From Fistulifera solaris (lineage: Eukaryota), in assembly GCA_030295235.1 (NCBI GenBank), contig AP026167.1, forward strand, positions 62,001 through 126,000: DNA of 64,000 nt, read 5' to 3'. The position numbers were made by a program, and so were the translations under genes. Shown piece by piece: positions 38,842 through 50,862 of this stretch. The notes under the pieces are model-generated. The model did not search any database. It saw only the letters and a program-made list of their open reading frames with translations, and had not been told where the DNA came from. How positions within the stretch are numbered: the stretch's first letter is position 1; each line of letters opens with the position of its first letter.

Positions 38842-39654
38842 CTATTGTACAACGCACGACGGTGCGAGAATTGCCGCCGCCATTTGTTGTCGCCACGACA
38901 AGGCGGATACCCCCGCATTCCAAGCTGTCACGACGGGATCAGGATCGCTATAGGGATGCCATTCTAGCGCCATTTCTTCAGCAGTGGCGGAGATTTTGCG
39001 GCCCGTGGTGGATGTACATACTGCTAAGGCAGGACAGGACGTCCAAGACAAGACTTGGGTCAAAAAGGGACTGCAGGTACTCAAGTACGTCCAGGCGAGA
39101 CCGGAATGTTCCAAATAGTCGAGTACACTCTCGTCGAGATCGTCCGTCATGATCACGAAGATGCCTCGCGCTGTCGTGTTGGATCTCTGTGCCAATCGAC
39201 GGACGAATAAGGGAATAAAATGTCGGCTGGATGGTTGTCGAGGATCCACCAAGAATACGGCAACGGAGGTGCATGCGGCAATCCAGCGATTGGTTTGCAC
39301 TGTTTCGGTGTAAACGATCCCGGATTCAATATTTTGGCGTTTGACTCGCCGGTAACGAGTTGCCGCAAGGGAAGGGAACGGGTCTTTCTCCCACGCATCG
39401 GCCCGATAAGGGAAATATTGCAGCGTATCCGGGAGAAATGCCAGTATTCCTTTGCGGCAAAGGCTGTTACTGTCATTTAAAATCGGATTCGATTCCCGCA
39501 CGGTGTCTTGTTCAGAAATTGTCGTGACATTTTCATCGTCATGCAAGGAAAGGTCAACGGCTTCAATCTCGCTTTCTTTCCGCTCGAGTTCTTGAGATGC
39601 GTCCGTCATGGCATCTCGATGATGATTCATCGCTTTTTGGAGATTAAACAGCAA
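38842..39654 (-). CDS. Hypothetical protein, possible degenerate thioredoxin/nucleoredoxin-like fold
   Basis: 270-aa ORF with VAVFLVD...FIPL...LSWTSCPALAV...GRKI pattern; no CxxC. Confidence 0.7.
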   Translation of the reverse strand: MLFNLQKAMNHHRDAMTDASQELERKESEIEAVDLSLHDDENVTTISEQDTVRESNPILNDSNSLCRKGILAFLPDTLQYFPYRADAWEKDPFPSLAATRYRRVKRQNIESGIVYTETVQTNRWIAACTSVAVFLVDPRQPSSRHFIPLFVRRLAQRSNTTARGIFVIMTDDLDESVLDYLEHSGLAWTYLSTCSPFLTQVLSWTSCPALAVCTSTTGRKISATAEEMALEWHPYSDPDPVVTAWNAGVSALSWRQQMAAAILAPSCVVQ

Positions 39655-40083
39655 TTAATGGCATTACCAGGCGATTATTTGTTTAATGCGAGAACAAGTT
39701 TTAGGGGAACGAATGAATAATGCGCTTGTTGTGTGCTGTAACATATACTCCTTTGTTGCGTGTGTCATCGTTCTGCGAGATGATCGAGCAAAAAGAAAAA
39801 GCCACGGAAGCAGAAAAGTGTGAAGTCGTAGAGGTACTCCATCGAGTTACTCCTCCTAGCAATTGTTGGGACCTGTAACCATAAGAACGCTGTAGGCATG
39901 AGTGTACTTCGCACATCGCTCGGGCCGGAAAGGAATGATAGAAAAAGTTGTACAAAGAAATAAGTTCATTTCCTTTTTGAGGCAAAATGGACCTTTCTAA
40001 AACTAATTAATTATGACATTATGTTCTGCTCTTTATCTGCAAAGAGTTCTTTATGAATCCTAAGCAAGGCGGACGACTTCCTC

Positions 40084-41290
40084 TTAAAGCAACGCCGCAC
40101 CGATGACACCGACACCGCCGATCACGAGCGACACAATCTCAATCTTGAAACTGCCACTGTCACCGCCTTCATCGGCCAACATTACGGCTTCCATCGAAAA
40201 GTCGGTCGTTACAGGCTCTGTGGCAAGCTCGCGGTCTTCAGTTCCGCGCAAACGACGAATAGGTCCGACGTAGTCGACAAGGGCCTTACCCGTCATGGTG
40301 AGAGTTTGTGATGTGGCTCCAAAGGCGGATCGGGGAAGAATATGGTAGAAATTGATCGTCTTCGGAGTAGCTCCCAATTCAAAGCTGGTCAAGGCAGAAT
40401 CAACAGGTACTGTGGCGGTGATGAGGTTGGTAGCCGGTGCCGCGCCGATCTTCATGGTGACCGTTTCGAATTCGACAAAGTTGTAATCCTGATCATCGAC
40501 GGCGAGACTGAACCAGATGGGCTCTCCGGGAGGTAGAGGGTTGGTGCCTTCCCATGCTCCCGTGACCGTTGTACCGGATTGCTCGGTCGTTGATCCGCCA
40601 ACATCAACTGTGTTACAGTGAAGGTCGAAAGGATGGGTGTCACGCGGAAATCGAAGTGCTTGCGTTCGAGAACCACGGCTTCTAGGGCTGCGTTGATCAT
40701 CATAATGTCGGCTTGAATGCACACGCCGAACTTGCCCTCCACGGCGTGAACCGATGTACCCCACGGTGCCACGGCGAGTTCCATGTCGACTGTATTGAGA
40801 GCCGTCAAGTGGCCGTCTTGGTCGTAAGATGTTTTGACAGTTACGGCTCCGTCTCCGGCAGCAAGGCATCCTGGAGGAAGAATGGTGAACTCGTAGTATT
40901 TCGTACCGGCCGGCGGGTTGGGTCCCGGGTTGTTTGAAATTTCAACGTCGGTACCGGCAGTGGCTGCGATCTGGATGTGGTTCAAGCTTGTAGTTTCATC
41001 TGTGTTCCCTTCACCGACGTTGAACTCGGTGAGTACGTCGTTGACGTTTCCGATCTGGAAGTAAGTAAGGCGAATGATGGATTGGTTTAGTGGTGAATTC
41101 TACGACGGAATTAAAAAAACACACACACACAACAATTTGTTTCTTCGTCGTCGAGCTTGTAAAATCCAATGCTCCGCAGAAGTGCACAGAGAAGATGGAT
41201 TTTTGAACTTACCGTAAGGGTGGGAGGAAGTTGTGCATAGGCCAGGTTGGCGAAACCGAGAAGCGCGAGAGTGGAGAGGAGGAATCTCAT
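40084..41290 (-). CDS. Secreted/cell-surface protein with RXL site and C-terminal hydrophobic (TM/GPI-like) anchor
   Basis: MRFLLSTLALLGFANLAYAQ (ATG 41290); intron donor at 41212; ORF 40452-40985 then a frameshift (~40600) into ORF 40084-40869, ending RRLRGTEDREL...GVGVIGAALL. Confidence 0.8.
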
Positions 41291-41853
41291 TTTCTTTGTT
41301 TAGTTGAGATGTTTTCGAACTACTTTCGTTTGAAGGAATTTCAGATTTATGAAACTAAGAAATGATTGACCTGCATTCGACAAAAAGGAGGAAGTTCTCA
41401 TTTAGCTGCCTTGGGGTATGATGGAGTCATTAGCGAGAGATCCACAAGTTAGGTTTTGGCTTTCTCTCGGGAACGAAGGGGGTTTCTATTCTTTACTAAG
41501 TCAGAATTCAGAATTCCAGAGAAGGGTCATGAACTCAACGCTCAACAACTTGGATTATTCTTTTTATTAACTAGTAAAGAGTAAAGACTGGAGAGTTCCT
41601 CCGTCCTCCGTTATTACCAGGTAGAGAAGGTAACTCAGAATTCTAAAGGACAAGTGTCAAAGAAAAAAAGACTTAATGCCAGTCACTTGCAGCATTGGTC
41701 ATTGCCGTCATGTGTTATAATTTACACTTTTGACTTGTGACTTGTGATTTGTGATTGTGTCATTCCATGTTCCGAGTTCCGATGTGTCACGTGTCACGTG
41801 TCTTTCGATTTTCGTTCCGAGTTTTTGAACGTTTGGCTGTAAAGGGTCCTGAG

Positions 41854-42120
41854 TATAGTTCGACAAATATCGATATTTGGTTTTTCACGAATATCAATAT
41901 TGTATTCTACGATATAATAACCGATATTAATACCGGTGACCGTCTGTCTTCGCCCGAAACATACAGCCATTTCAGCGGAAAATGCCTCAAACCCGTCTGT
42001 CAGGCGTACGCATATAGACAAATATCGATAATGGGAAAAATGGCACTGCTATAATACGCTATTATAACGTGAATATCGATATTCGTTATTATTTGGTATT
42101 TGAGAGAGTGTCGAACTATA
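41854..42120. mobile_element. Non-autonomous hAT-like MITE, family 1, copy 1
   Basis: 12-bp TIR TATAGTTCGACA...TGTCGAACTATA; perfect 8-bp TSD GTCCTGAG (41846-41853 and 42121-42128); homologous to 61265-61534. Confidence 0.93.
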
Positions 42121-42676
42121 GTCCTGAGTCCTGAGCTTGCAGCATACTTTCTCGTAAAAAGTAGTAACCTAAAAAATCAGTCCGAATGTCAAAATTGCAT
42201 TCTGACTTTAGGAAATTGGGAATAAATTTAACGATTAATTTTACTTAAAAACTGGGTACCGATGCGCATGAGTTAGAAACGAGCTAGGATGGTCATGAGT
42301 CAATTTGTTTATTCCGAGTAGGAATTTCATGTTGTTGTGTCATCGGGAGCTTTTTTCATAACATATAATGAATGATGATGATAGTTGTTGAGTGAAAGTA
42401 TTCTCCTTTGGATTGTTTCGCGATTTTTTTTGTGAGCGAAGTGGTGTGTTGTGTCTACACAAAAAATGCGGCGCGGGCTCCTTTTTCGAAACCCATACAA
42501 GGTACAAAACATCACCTCGAATCGTAGCGGTATTGAAACAGGGTCTACGATCGCCGATTTTCGCTCATTCATTCATTCCACGGCAGCCAAGAGTTCGTGT
42601 TCACCAGAACCAAACGAACAGATTTCATCATCATCATCTTCTTCTTCTTCGTCTTTCGCTTTGAAAATAAAACAAG

Positions 42677-45600
42677 ATGGGACGACGGAAATGGGTTCCT
42701 CAAAAGAAGCAAGTAGCAACGGACGAATGGAGCGGCCGCAAGGCGTTACCACAACATTCGTTGGAGTGGATCTTGGCGGAAGAGGTGCTCGTGCCGGATC
42801 GTACGGAAATTGTTGAAGAACTCGCCCAACTCGTCGATACGGACGAGGAAATGGAGCAAACACCACGAAACATCAAATACAGAAAGAAAAAGAAGAAATC
42901 ACGTCGGAATCAGAAAACTGTGCACTTTTCAACACCTTTATCGGTGATCATTCCCAACGTGGAGTTGGAAATTGTTTCACTTGATAGCAACAGCGATGAG
43001 CCTCTGCTACTTCAGTACAATGGCGTTGTAGGTACGGAAGAGACGGATCATGAGCATCATGATTTCTTCTTAATAGAATCGACGCGGGATATTGGCGTAA
43101 TGTTTCCTTGCGACTCCAAGGGCCGTAGAGTATCCATCACGACTCCTCACGGAATCCGAGTGGTCCTTTCCCTTCTATGTCCTCAAGCCACGAGAATCCA
43201 ACAAGAAGTGTTCCAACGGGCTGTTTCACAGGATCGTACTTTGCAAATTATTTTGGTGCAACGAGCGGATCAGTCGTGGCGTTTGCAACTGTACTTGACG
43301 GAAACGGCCTTTCGTTTGTGTCATCCATCCTTTGTGCCCGTTCGTACCAATGTCATGGCGTGGCGTTCAAAAAAGTTACAGCCGGTCATGGATTTGCGAA
43401 TCATTCTCGAGACATTGTTTGCAGCTCCTCCAGTTTCCGAGAACCTGTTGCTGCCTTCGGCCAAGCAAGTCTATTCCGTTACGGACAATGTTCAACTGGT
43501 AGCGGCCATGCAACATGAAGCCCAACAACTGCCTATGTGTATTCCGGGTTTAGTCCCTACGTTACGGCCTTACCAAGAACACGCTGTACGTTGGATGCTA
43601 CAGCGAGAAAGCGGTACGGGCGTAGCCGGAGAAGAATGGAAATTGGCGTGGCGCGTCTTGAATGCCGATATTCCATCGCTAACCGAATGGGAAGGAGCGA
43701 ACGATGTGTTACTGTACAATCCCTTTATGGGTTGGTTGGCAAAAGCCGTAAACGAAGCACGCAGCATGTGCGTGCCACCAATTCCGATACGCGCGGTGGA
43801 ATATTGGCCGAGAGCATGGGGCTGGGCAAAACAGTGGAGGTACTGGCATGCATTTTAGCAAATCCACGTCCGGTGGAAGAATGTTCGCGAACTATAAACC
43901 AGATGCCTTTTGTGAAACGGAGACTTGTATTTGATGACGATGCATCTGGAGAAGTCGATCTATCGGTTCTAAAAACTCTAGACGACGAAGAAGACAATAA
44001 GGTCAATGATTCGAATAAAAAACAAAAAGTTGGAGTTGTGGAAGATTTAGCTGAATTTGCGGAAGCGGAAGAGTCGGATGTGGACTCAGTGAAGGATGAA
44101 AGTGCCGCCGTCTGCGTTTCCGCACAAAACGCGTCAGAAGAGCAAGTTGAAGAGGCTAAAGTGAACTTTCAGGTCGTTACTCCAGATGTATCAAGAAAGC
44201 CTTTTGCCATAGAAGAAAGATGGCTAGATGATGACAATGTGGGTTCTTGCATATGTTCCAAGTTGGTTTGTTTTTCGACTGCTCGAAGTGGTCTTGCTAA
44301 GTCCCAACCGATTGTTATATGCAAATCTTGTGAAGAGCCAATGCATTGGTTTTGTGCCTCTTTTAACACAGTTCACGAAATGAGATCGAAAACGAAGGCA
44401 GTTCATCTTCGACAACGATACACGAACCTGACAATCGAATGCGGCTTGTGTGAAGATCAGCTTTGTCCATGCTGTGTATTTTCAAAGAAAAGAAAATTAA
44501 AGAGTGCGGCGACATTGATCGTAACGCCAGCAGCAATTTTGAATCAATGGACACGTGAGATCAAAAGGCACACTTTAAGAGCGGATAAGACGCAGATGAA
44601 TATTCTTATTTACGAAGGAATCAATAGAGTAACGAAGATGCAGGGTGCAAGAAAGCTAGATGAATCTATCAAACTTCTTCATCCGAAAGTGCTCGCAACA
44701 GCAGATATTGTGCTCATGACTTTTGATGCTTTGATGGGCGATTTAGGCCATTCCGACGACAATAAATTCATTGCCTCTTGTGAAGAGGAGTCCATGTTTT
44801 CGAGCCAGTGTAGTTTACGGCGAAGGAAACGTTACCGTGTAGTTCCGTCACCTCTGCAGTCGATTGAGTGGTGGAGGGTTTGTCTAGACGAAGCGCAGAG
44901 AGTTGAGACTCCTACAGCAGCATCCGCGCGAATGGCTTTGAAGCTAGATGCCGTGCATAGATGGTGTGTTTCAGGTACCCCGATTGGGCGTGGGAAACTT
45001 GAAGATCTGTTCGGTTTGCTGTTGTTTTTGCGGGTTGAACCATTCTGTCATCCAGCTTGGTTCAAAAAGTGCTTTGGTCCCTCATCGCCGCAATCGATTA
45101 TAGGCTGCAGAATTGCAAGTCTACTGCGCCATGTGTTTTGGCGCTCAACAAAAGCCTTGCCATGTGTTCGAGAACAGATGGGTGTTCCTGAACAAGCCGA
45201 AACGAAAACTATTTTGAATTTTTCTTCGGTAGAGAAATATTTTTATGACCGTCAGCTTGAAGAGACCGTGGCGTTGGTTGGAGATGTTACTGAGCGGACA
45301 AAGACTGGTAAAAAGAGAAAGGTGGTCCAAATTCAGGTATTAACTGAGCGTCTTCACAAACTACGTGCAGCATGTTGTCATCCCCAGGTTGGTTCGAGTG
45401 GACTTGCCCACGGTACAAAACGTAGGTGGGCTTCCCCGTCAAATCACGAAAGTGAGAGAGGCCTTGCATCACGCGTTATGACGATGAGTCAGATCTTACA
45501 TCGCTTTATCGATGACGCCAGACAAAAATGTGAAGAATCACAACGACTCGTCATTCTCCATACAAACGGTATGGGTGCCATTGCAAGGCTGAAAGTTGAA

Positions 45601-48238
45601 GCCAAAAAACGAGGTATTGAAGTACGAGTGAGTGACGCCGAACTCCTGCGTGAAAGCTGCAGGCTTTATGAGGAGTCCCTTGCGTTGGGAGAAGCCAATG
45701 CGGTTCCTACTTTAACAACAGGGGAGGTTCTGCTAACTGGCTCCATTGGTTTTCGCGAACCACAGCGTGTAATCAAAAGTGGTAGTTTCGTTGCGGATTG
45801 GGAATGCAGTAGCCATTCTGGTGAAGTTTGGACGAGAATTGATTTTGAGGGTGCCCGGAAGATCATTCAAATGACGGTTCGCTCCATAGCCTGCGTTCCG
45901 CCAGCAGTAAGCAATGAGAGAAATCAACATTTCACTATCAAATGCTTGCACGCTCGAGAGATAATGTTGCAGGTGTCGAGTGCAGCGGTCGGTGGTGAGT
46001 TTGTCGACGTTGCATCTATAATATTACCATTCTCCGAGGCTCCCGCCGCAACGCACTGGCAAACTATCAGTAATTTTCGTACGAACAAATCCAAAAGTTG
46101 GAGAGTGGTAATCAAAAGCTTTTACAACGATGGTCGTGATTCTTTCACTTCAGTGGATACCAACACGTTTGGAGTTTATGCTGGTCTTGAAATTCAGCTT
46201 TATGAAGCAGATATTGCTAACGACCCGCTTCAAAGACTCCATTGTTTGCACAATGCCTCGCTTTCTCTGCAGTTACTTTTGGATGCCAACAACGATCAAG
46301 ACGCGGTTGATTTGATAGAAGAGAAGATAAAGAAAATGAAAGCAGAGGAGGAAAAAATTGAGTCGCTGTACTTAGACGTGCTCAGATCAATTCACACAGA
46401 ATGCCATCGCAAGCTCAGCGAAGAAAACAAGGAAAGAGAAAGGCTGGAGATTGAACTCCGCGTGATGCACACGTCGTCTCGGAACAAGCCTATAAAGGAT
46501 TGCTGGGATGACAATTGGTGGGATGATTTCTTAGTTTTGCTGCGTCTTCATGGAAGTGAGAATGAACAGAAAGCTTTTTGCGAAAAAGTTGTCCAGGATA
46601 TGGATGGATATCTTCGAAACACAGTGGATACCACAAATAGTGACGGAATCATAGCATTTCCTGAGTTTGGCGACGTCAATGGCCTTCGAGTTGCGATTAA
46701 TAGTCGTATCGAGCGAATTCGTGATGGTATTGGAGGCAAAAACAATCGAACCAGTCGAAGAGCCCAAGAGGCGTTAGTGGAAGACGGCTTACACAATGTT
46801 TTGACCAACAAAGTGCTGCGGTTCCGATGCCCTGCGGGAGGACACAAGCAATGCATGCACTCGATCCTCAATTTATCGGCTTCTCCTGATGAGGAGGAAC
46901 GCTTCGAGAATAGTCATTGCCGAGTTTGTAAGGCGGATTGGTTGCAAATGGGCCCCAAGTGTCAGCACTGCAAGATTGGAGAAAATCTGGAAGAACTAGC
47001 CCCAGATCGTGTGACTTTGTTGTTAATGACATCGCTCCATGCTATCCTCAAGGGTCCTTTCGGAGTTTCCTTTTTCAAAAAAAGCGAATGTGGCGGACGC
47101 GGGAATCAGCGAGCGCGCGCGTTTGTTTTGGGAAGTCATGGAAGCCGAGCGACGGGAACGAGCCGCCGCGTGGCGGATGTGGAGGACGCACTTGGATTTG
47201 TTGAACGATTTGGATGAACTAGGACAATGTAAAAGCTCCATGCGGATATTGTACGATAATGAGGACGTGACGACTTTGAGTGAGGAGCAGTTGAATGCCG
47301 TGGTCGTTCCGTTCGATGTACACACTCGCTATCACGACCATGCCGCGAAAGCTGCCATGTTTATGGGAGATTTGCGACGAGCCAAAGATACATTGCGATT
47401 TTTGAGGAATCAAGCCGTGGAGGAAGCAACGAAACAAGAAGACAATCCGAAGGACGACGACCAAAGTGATCGTTGTGTTTTGTGTCTTTCCGGCTTTGGC
47501 AGTGAACGAGCCGTACTCCGCTGCGGACACTCGTACCACTTATCACCCTGTCTCGAAGATCTGAAGGCCCGTTCTCGCCTTATTGCGTGTCCCATGCGTT
47601 GCCGCATTCGTACCGATCCCAGTGAAGTCATGATTGCCACCGCAAAACGCAACGACGACGGCAGTCGTTGCCGAAGGAACGTGAAAGGGAGTTGGGGTAC
47701 CAAAGTGACGCGGTTGGTAGCGGATGTTTTGGACATTCGCGACAAGGGCGAGAAAGGTGTCATCTTTAGTCAATGGGAAGACATGTTGGATATTGTCCAA
47801 GGAGCATTGACGGAAAATGGAGTGTTGCTGGCCCGCGCCACCAGCATGCGACACATCGGCTCACGTTCCGAAACGTTCTTGCGCGATCGTGCGTGTACCG
47901 TGTTATTGTTGAATGTCAAAAATGGTGCCGAAGGATTGACGTTATTGGAGGCAACCCACGTGTTCATGGTGGAGCCCTTGTTAAATTGCGGTTTGGACAG
48001 TCAAGCCATCAATCGTGTGCACCGGATCGGACAACACAAAAAGACTTACGTTCATCGCTATTTGATGGCTGACACGATTGAAATGAAAATTGATCAATTG
48101 CGCGTCGAACATTTGGACGAAGAGGAACAGTTGGAAGATTCGATTTATGAAAGCAAGGGAACGATGCTGATTCGTGCGGGGGGCATTGATGGCGGGTTCC
48201 GGTCCGAACAGGAACTGTTGAGCGTCCTGCAGCCCTAA
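42677..48238 (+). CDS. SHPRH: SHPRH-like SNF2 helicase / RING E3 ubiquitin ligase
   Basis: LRPYQ, GGILAESMGLGKT, PHD-like CIC..CKSC..HWFC, WWRVCLDEAQ, WCVSGTP, LRAACCHPQ, RING CVLC..CGHSYH, GAEGLTL and QAINRVHRIGQ; frameshifts near 43790 and 47080. Confidence 0.92.
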
Positions 48239-48293
48239 AATAGAATGAAATACACCTTCATATGGTAAAGAATTTTAACTCTGTAATAAGACG

Positions 48294-49304
48294 TTAGCGT
48301 AGAGTACATTCTATGGAGAAGAGGTGCGGGAGCGGCTCGCTTCGTTGGAAGTGTGCGTACCGATAAAAAAAGTACGAAAGAGTAGTAATTCGCTTGTTCG
48401 TTTGTGTCACTTCCTCTACCGCATTCATGTTAGGGCTTGTTCTCCTTCTTGTTGGGCAAAAAGTCATGACCGTCTCCAAAGACCAATCACTGGGCAAGAA
48501 TTTCCCCTCCACTTGTTTCTGATACGCCTGGTAGGTTCCCGGAAACGCTTGTTGCAACTGTTCTTCTTCGTATTTGGCTTTTTCCTCCAACACATACCAC
48601 AAGGCGACCGTGAGCAACAGACGCCAAGCGGAACCAGTGATTAAACTGTATCCAGCAAAGGCCGCGATGACTCCGGCGTACATGGGATGACGAACTTGAC
48701 TGTAAATACCATCCGTTTTCAATTCCGTGCTGGAATTGGGGACAGGCCACGGCGACAAGGCACTTCCAATGTCTTGAACGGCCAAGACCATGACGGCAAT
48801 GCCACTCAACAACATTCCCGGTCCCAAGACAATGGTAAGTACATCACCGAGGAACGGGATTGTCCCTACGACAATAAATGCCATGAGACTGAATTGTGCA
48901 ATGACATAACCTTCTCCGCGGGTTCCGAATTCACCGCTCATCAAGTTTTCTTTGAGAGCATTCGAACTTTCCATCAATTTGTTGGTATCGAACGATGGCA
49001 AGTTATTGCGCAATTGATCGAATTTGTTGCGCATTTGAGTGACTGTCGGATTGTCCTCGAATGAACTCTTTTCCGAAAAGACACTAGCCGAAGCAGCTTG
49101 CAAATCTTCACGGGCTTGTTCGGCGTCATTGAAGAATTTACCGACATCAAAGGACGATTTGGGCAATTCCAAGCCTTTTTTCTTCTTGTTATTGGAGGAG
49201 GAGGAGGAGTAACAAATCACACGAGATTGGGAGTTAAGGGGAACGGGTTGAAACGCCCCCGCAACGGAAACAAACAAGAGAGTCAAAACTGCTACTTTCT
49301 TCAT
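48294..49304 (-). CDS. ICMT/PEMT-family membrane methyltransferase, plastid-type presequence
   Basis: MKKVAVLTLLFVSVAGA-FQP (ASAFAP-like), LKTDGIYSQVRHPMYAG and EEEQLQQAFPGTYQAY; true C-terminus uncertain. Confidence 0.88.
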   Translation of the reverse strand: MKKVAVLTLLFVSVAGAFQPVPLNSQSRVICYSSSSSNNKKKKGLELPKSSFDVGKFFNDAEQAREDLQAASASVFSEKSSFEDNPTVTQMRNKFDQLRNNLPSFDTNKLMESSNALKENLMSGEFGTRGEGYVIAQFSLMAFIVVGTIPFLGDVLTIVLGPGMLLSGIAVMVLAVQDIGSALSPWPVPNSSTELKTDGIYSQVRHPMYAGVIAAFAGYSLITGSAWRLLLTVALWYVLEEKAKYEEEQLQQAFPGTYQAYQKQVEGKFLPSDWSLETVMTFCPTRRRTSPNMNAVEEVTQTNKRITTLSYFFYRYAHFQRSEPLPHLFSIECTLR

Positions 49305-49724
49305 GATAATAATGTAAGTAAGTTGTTTTCGAACAAAGAAGTGTTCCTTTGGAATGCTTGCTTGCTTCCTATTCAAGGCAAGAAGAGGAAAGAGAAGGAA
49401 ATGAAAATGAAGGAATGAATGAATGCAAATGAAAGATATCAAAAAAAAAAGAAGACAAATGCTGTTGTAAATAGATCGCGTGGGGTGTCAAGTGTACTGT
49501 TTTCTCGATGGTATTTTGAAATAGAACAACGGCCGGAAAGATACCCCCACCTGTTTTGGATACCACGTAGACGTAGACAGATTGTTCAATCTTAACCAAG
49601 TTTTTGTGTCGTACCGTTACGTATTTGTTTAAATAGAGGTTTCAACGGACACCAATGCCATCCCCACGTGATGTTGCACGAACCAATGCACGGAGTCACC
49701 CACACCCACACCCACACCCATCTC

Positions 49725-50056
49725 TAGACCTCTGTCCGTTCCCAGTTCACTCCAACAGGGAGGGAGTGAACAGGGATTTTGATCGAACAAGGAGTGAACT
49801 GGGAGCATTCCCCGTTCGAATTAATGAGTCTCGTGTACGAAATATGGTAGTCAGTCCCTAATCCTTGACGCTTTAGATTAGAGATTTTCTGTTGATTTAC
49901 CGCGCAAACAAAGGAATAAAGGCATCTGAGTGCCGGTCAGACGTCCATCAACTCATTCCCTGTTAAACAGGGAATTGGGAAAATGAACGAGGAAGGGAAT
50001 TGAACTGGGATCCCAGTTGGGAATTCCCTGTTAAACGGAGAACGGACAGAGGTCTA
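49725..50056. mobile_element. Non-autonomous TIR element (MITE), family 2
   Basis: 17-bp TIR TAGACCTCTGTCCGTTC...GAACGGACAGAGGTCTA; flanks CACCCATCTC / CACCCATCCC; internal AACAGGGA/TCCCTGTT subterminal motifs. Confidence 0.85.
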
Positions 50057-50457
50057 CACCCATCCCACCCAAGAAACCAACCCGGAGTCCATCAGTGACT
50101 GATATTTCGTTCGCGCGAAATCGTTGGAACGATTGGCTCGCTCGTTTGTAATACGAACAGTAGCTATGAGTACCGGAAACACGTTCTGATCTACTATTTC
50201 ATGTGTACAGAGACTCGGAACGACGGATCACGCGAGATAGATAGAAAAAACGGCTCGGTCGCGATTGATTGCCTTTTTTCCTTCCACATGCAATAAAACA
50301 CATCCTCCTTGTCGATTCCTTTCGTCGATTCCTTCCTTCCTTCCTTCGGCCTATTCTATTCTTCATTTTCGTATAACTCATTCCTAGAGCATCCTCATCG
50401 ATCGAACGAACGATCGATCGATTGTCATCGAAGCAAGCACAAATTTCAACGACAGAA

Positions 50458-50819
50458 ATGCCTTCACCTACTCACAATAATGAATTACAACACAAACAAC
50501 AAAAACGTCAAGGACGGATTCTTGCCCTATTGCTGTTTGTGATTGTTGTCGGTGGTGCGATTGCCTTTCCCGTTCTTTTTTCTTTTAAACAAAAAGAAGA
50601 AGACGAAGAAACAAGTGTATTGACAGGAGAAGGCGTCAATGTCATTGTCACATTAGAACCGACTCGCCAAGTCATGACGGAAGCACAAACACAATCGTAC
50701 GAATCGGCCTTGTTGAGATTCTATGCCTTGAATCTTCCGGCCGTGCGATTGAATGATGTTTCCATGACTTCGCAAATGTTAGTGGCTGTACGAGACGAAC
50801 AAGAGACAGGACGACAATT

Positions 50820-50862
<43 letters not shown>

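Noticed and set aside
41755..42054. Small ORFs overlapping the MITEs (also 61316-61654)
   Set aside because: No transposase motifs; the elements are too short to be autonomous.
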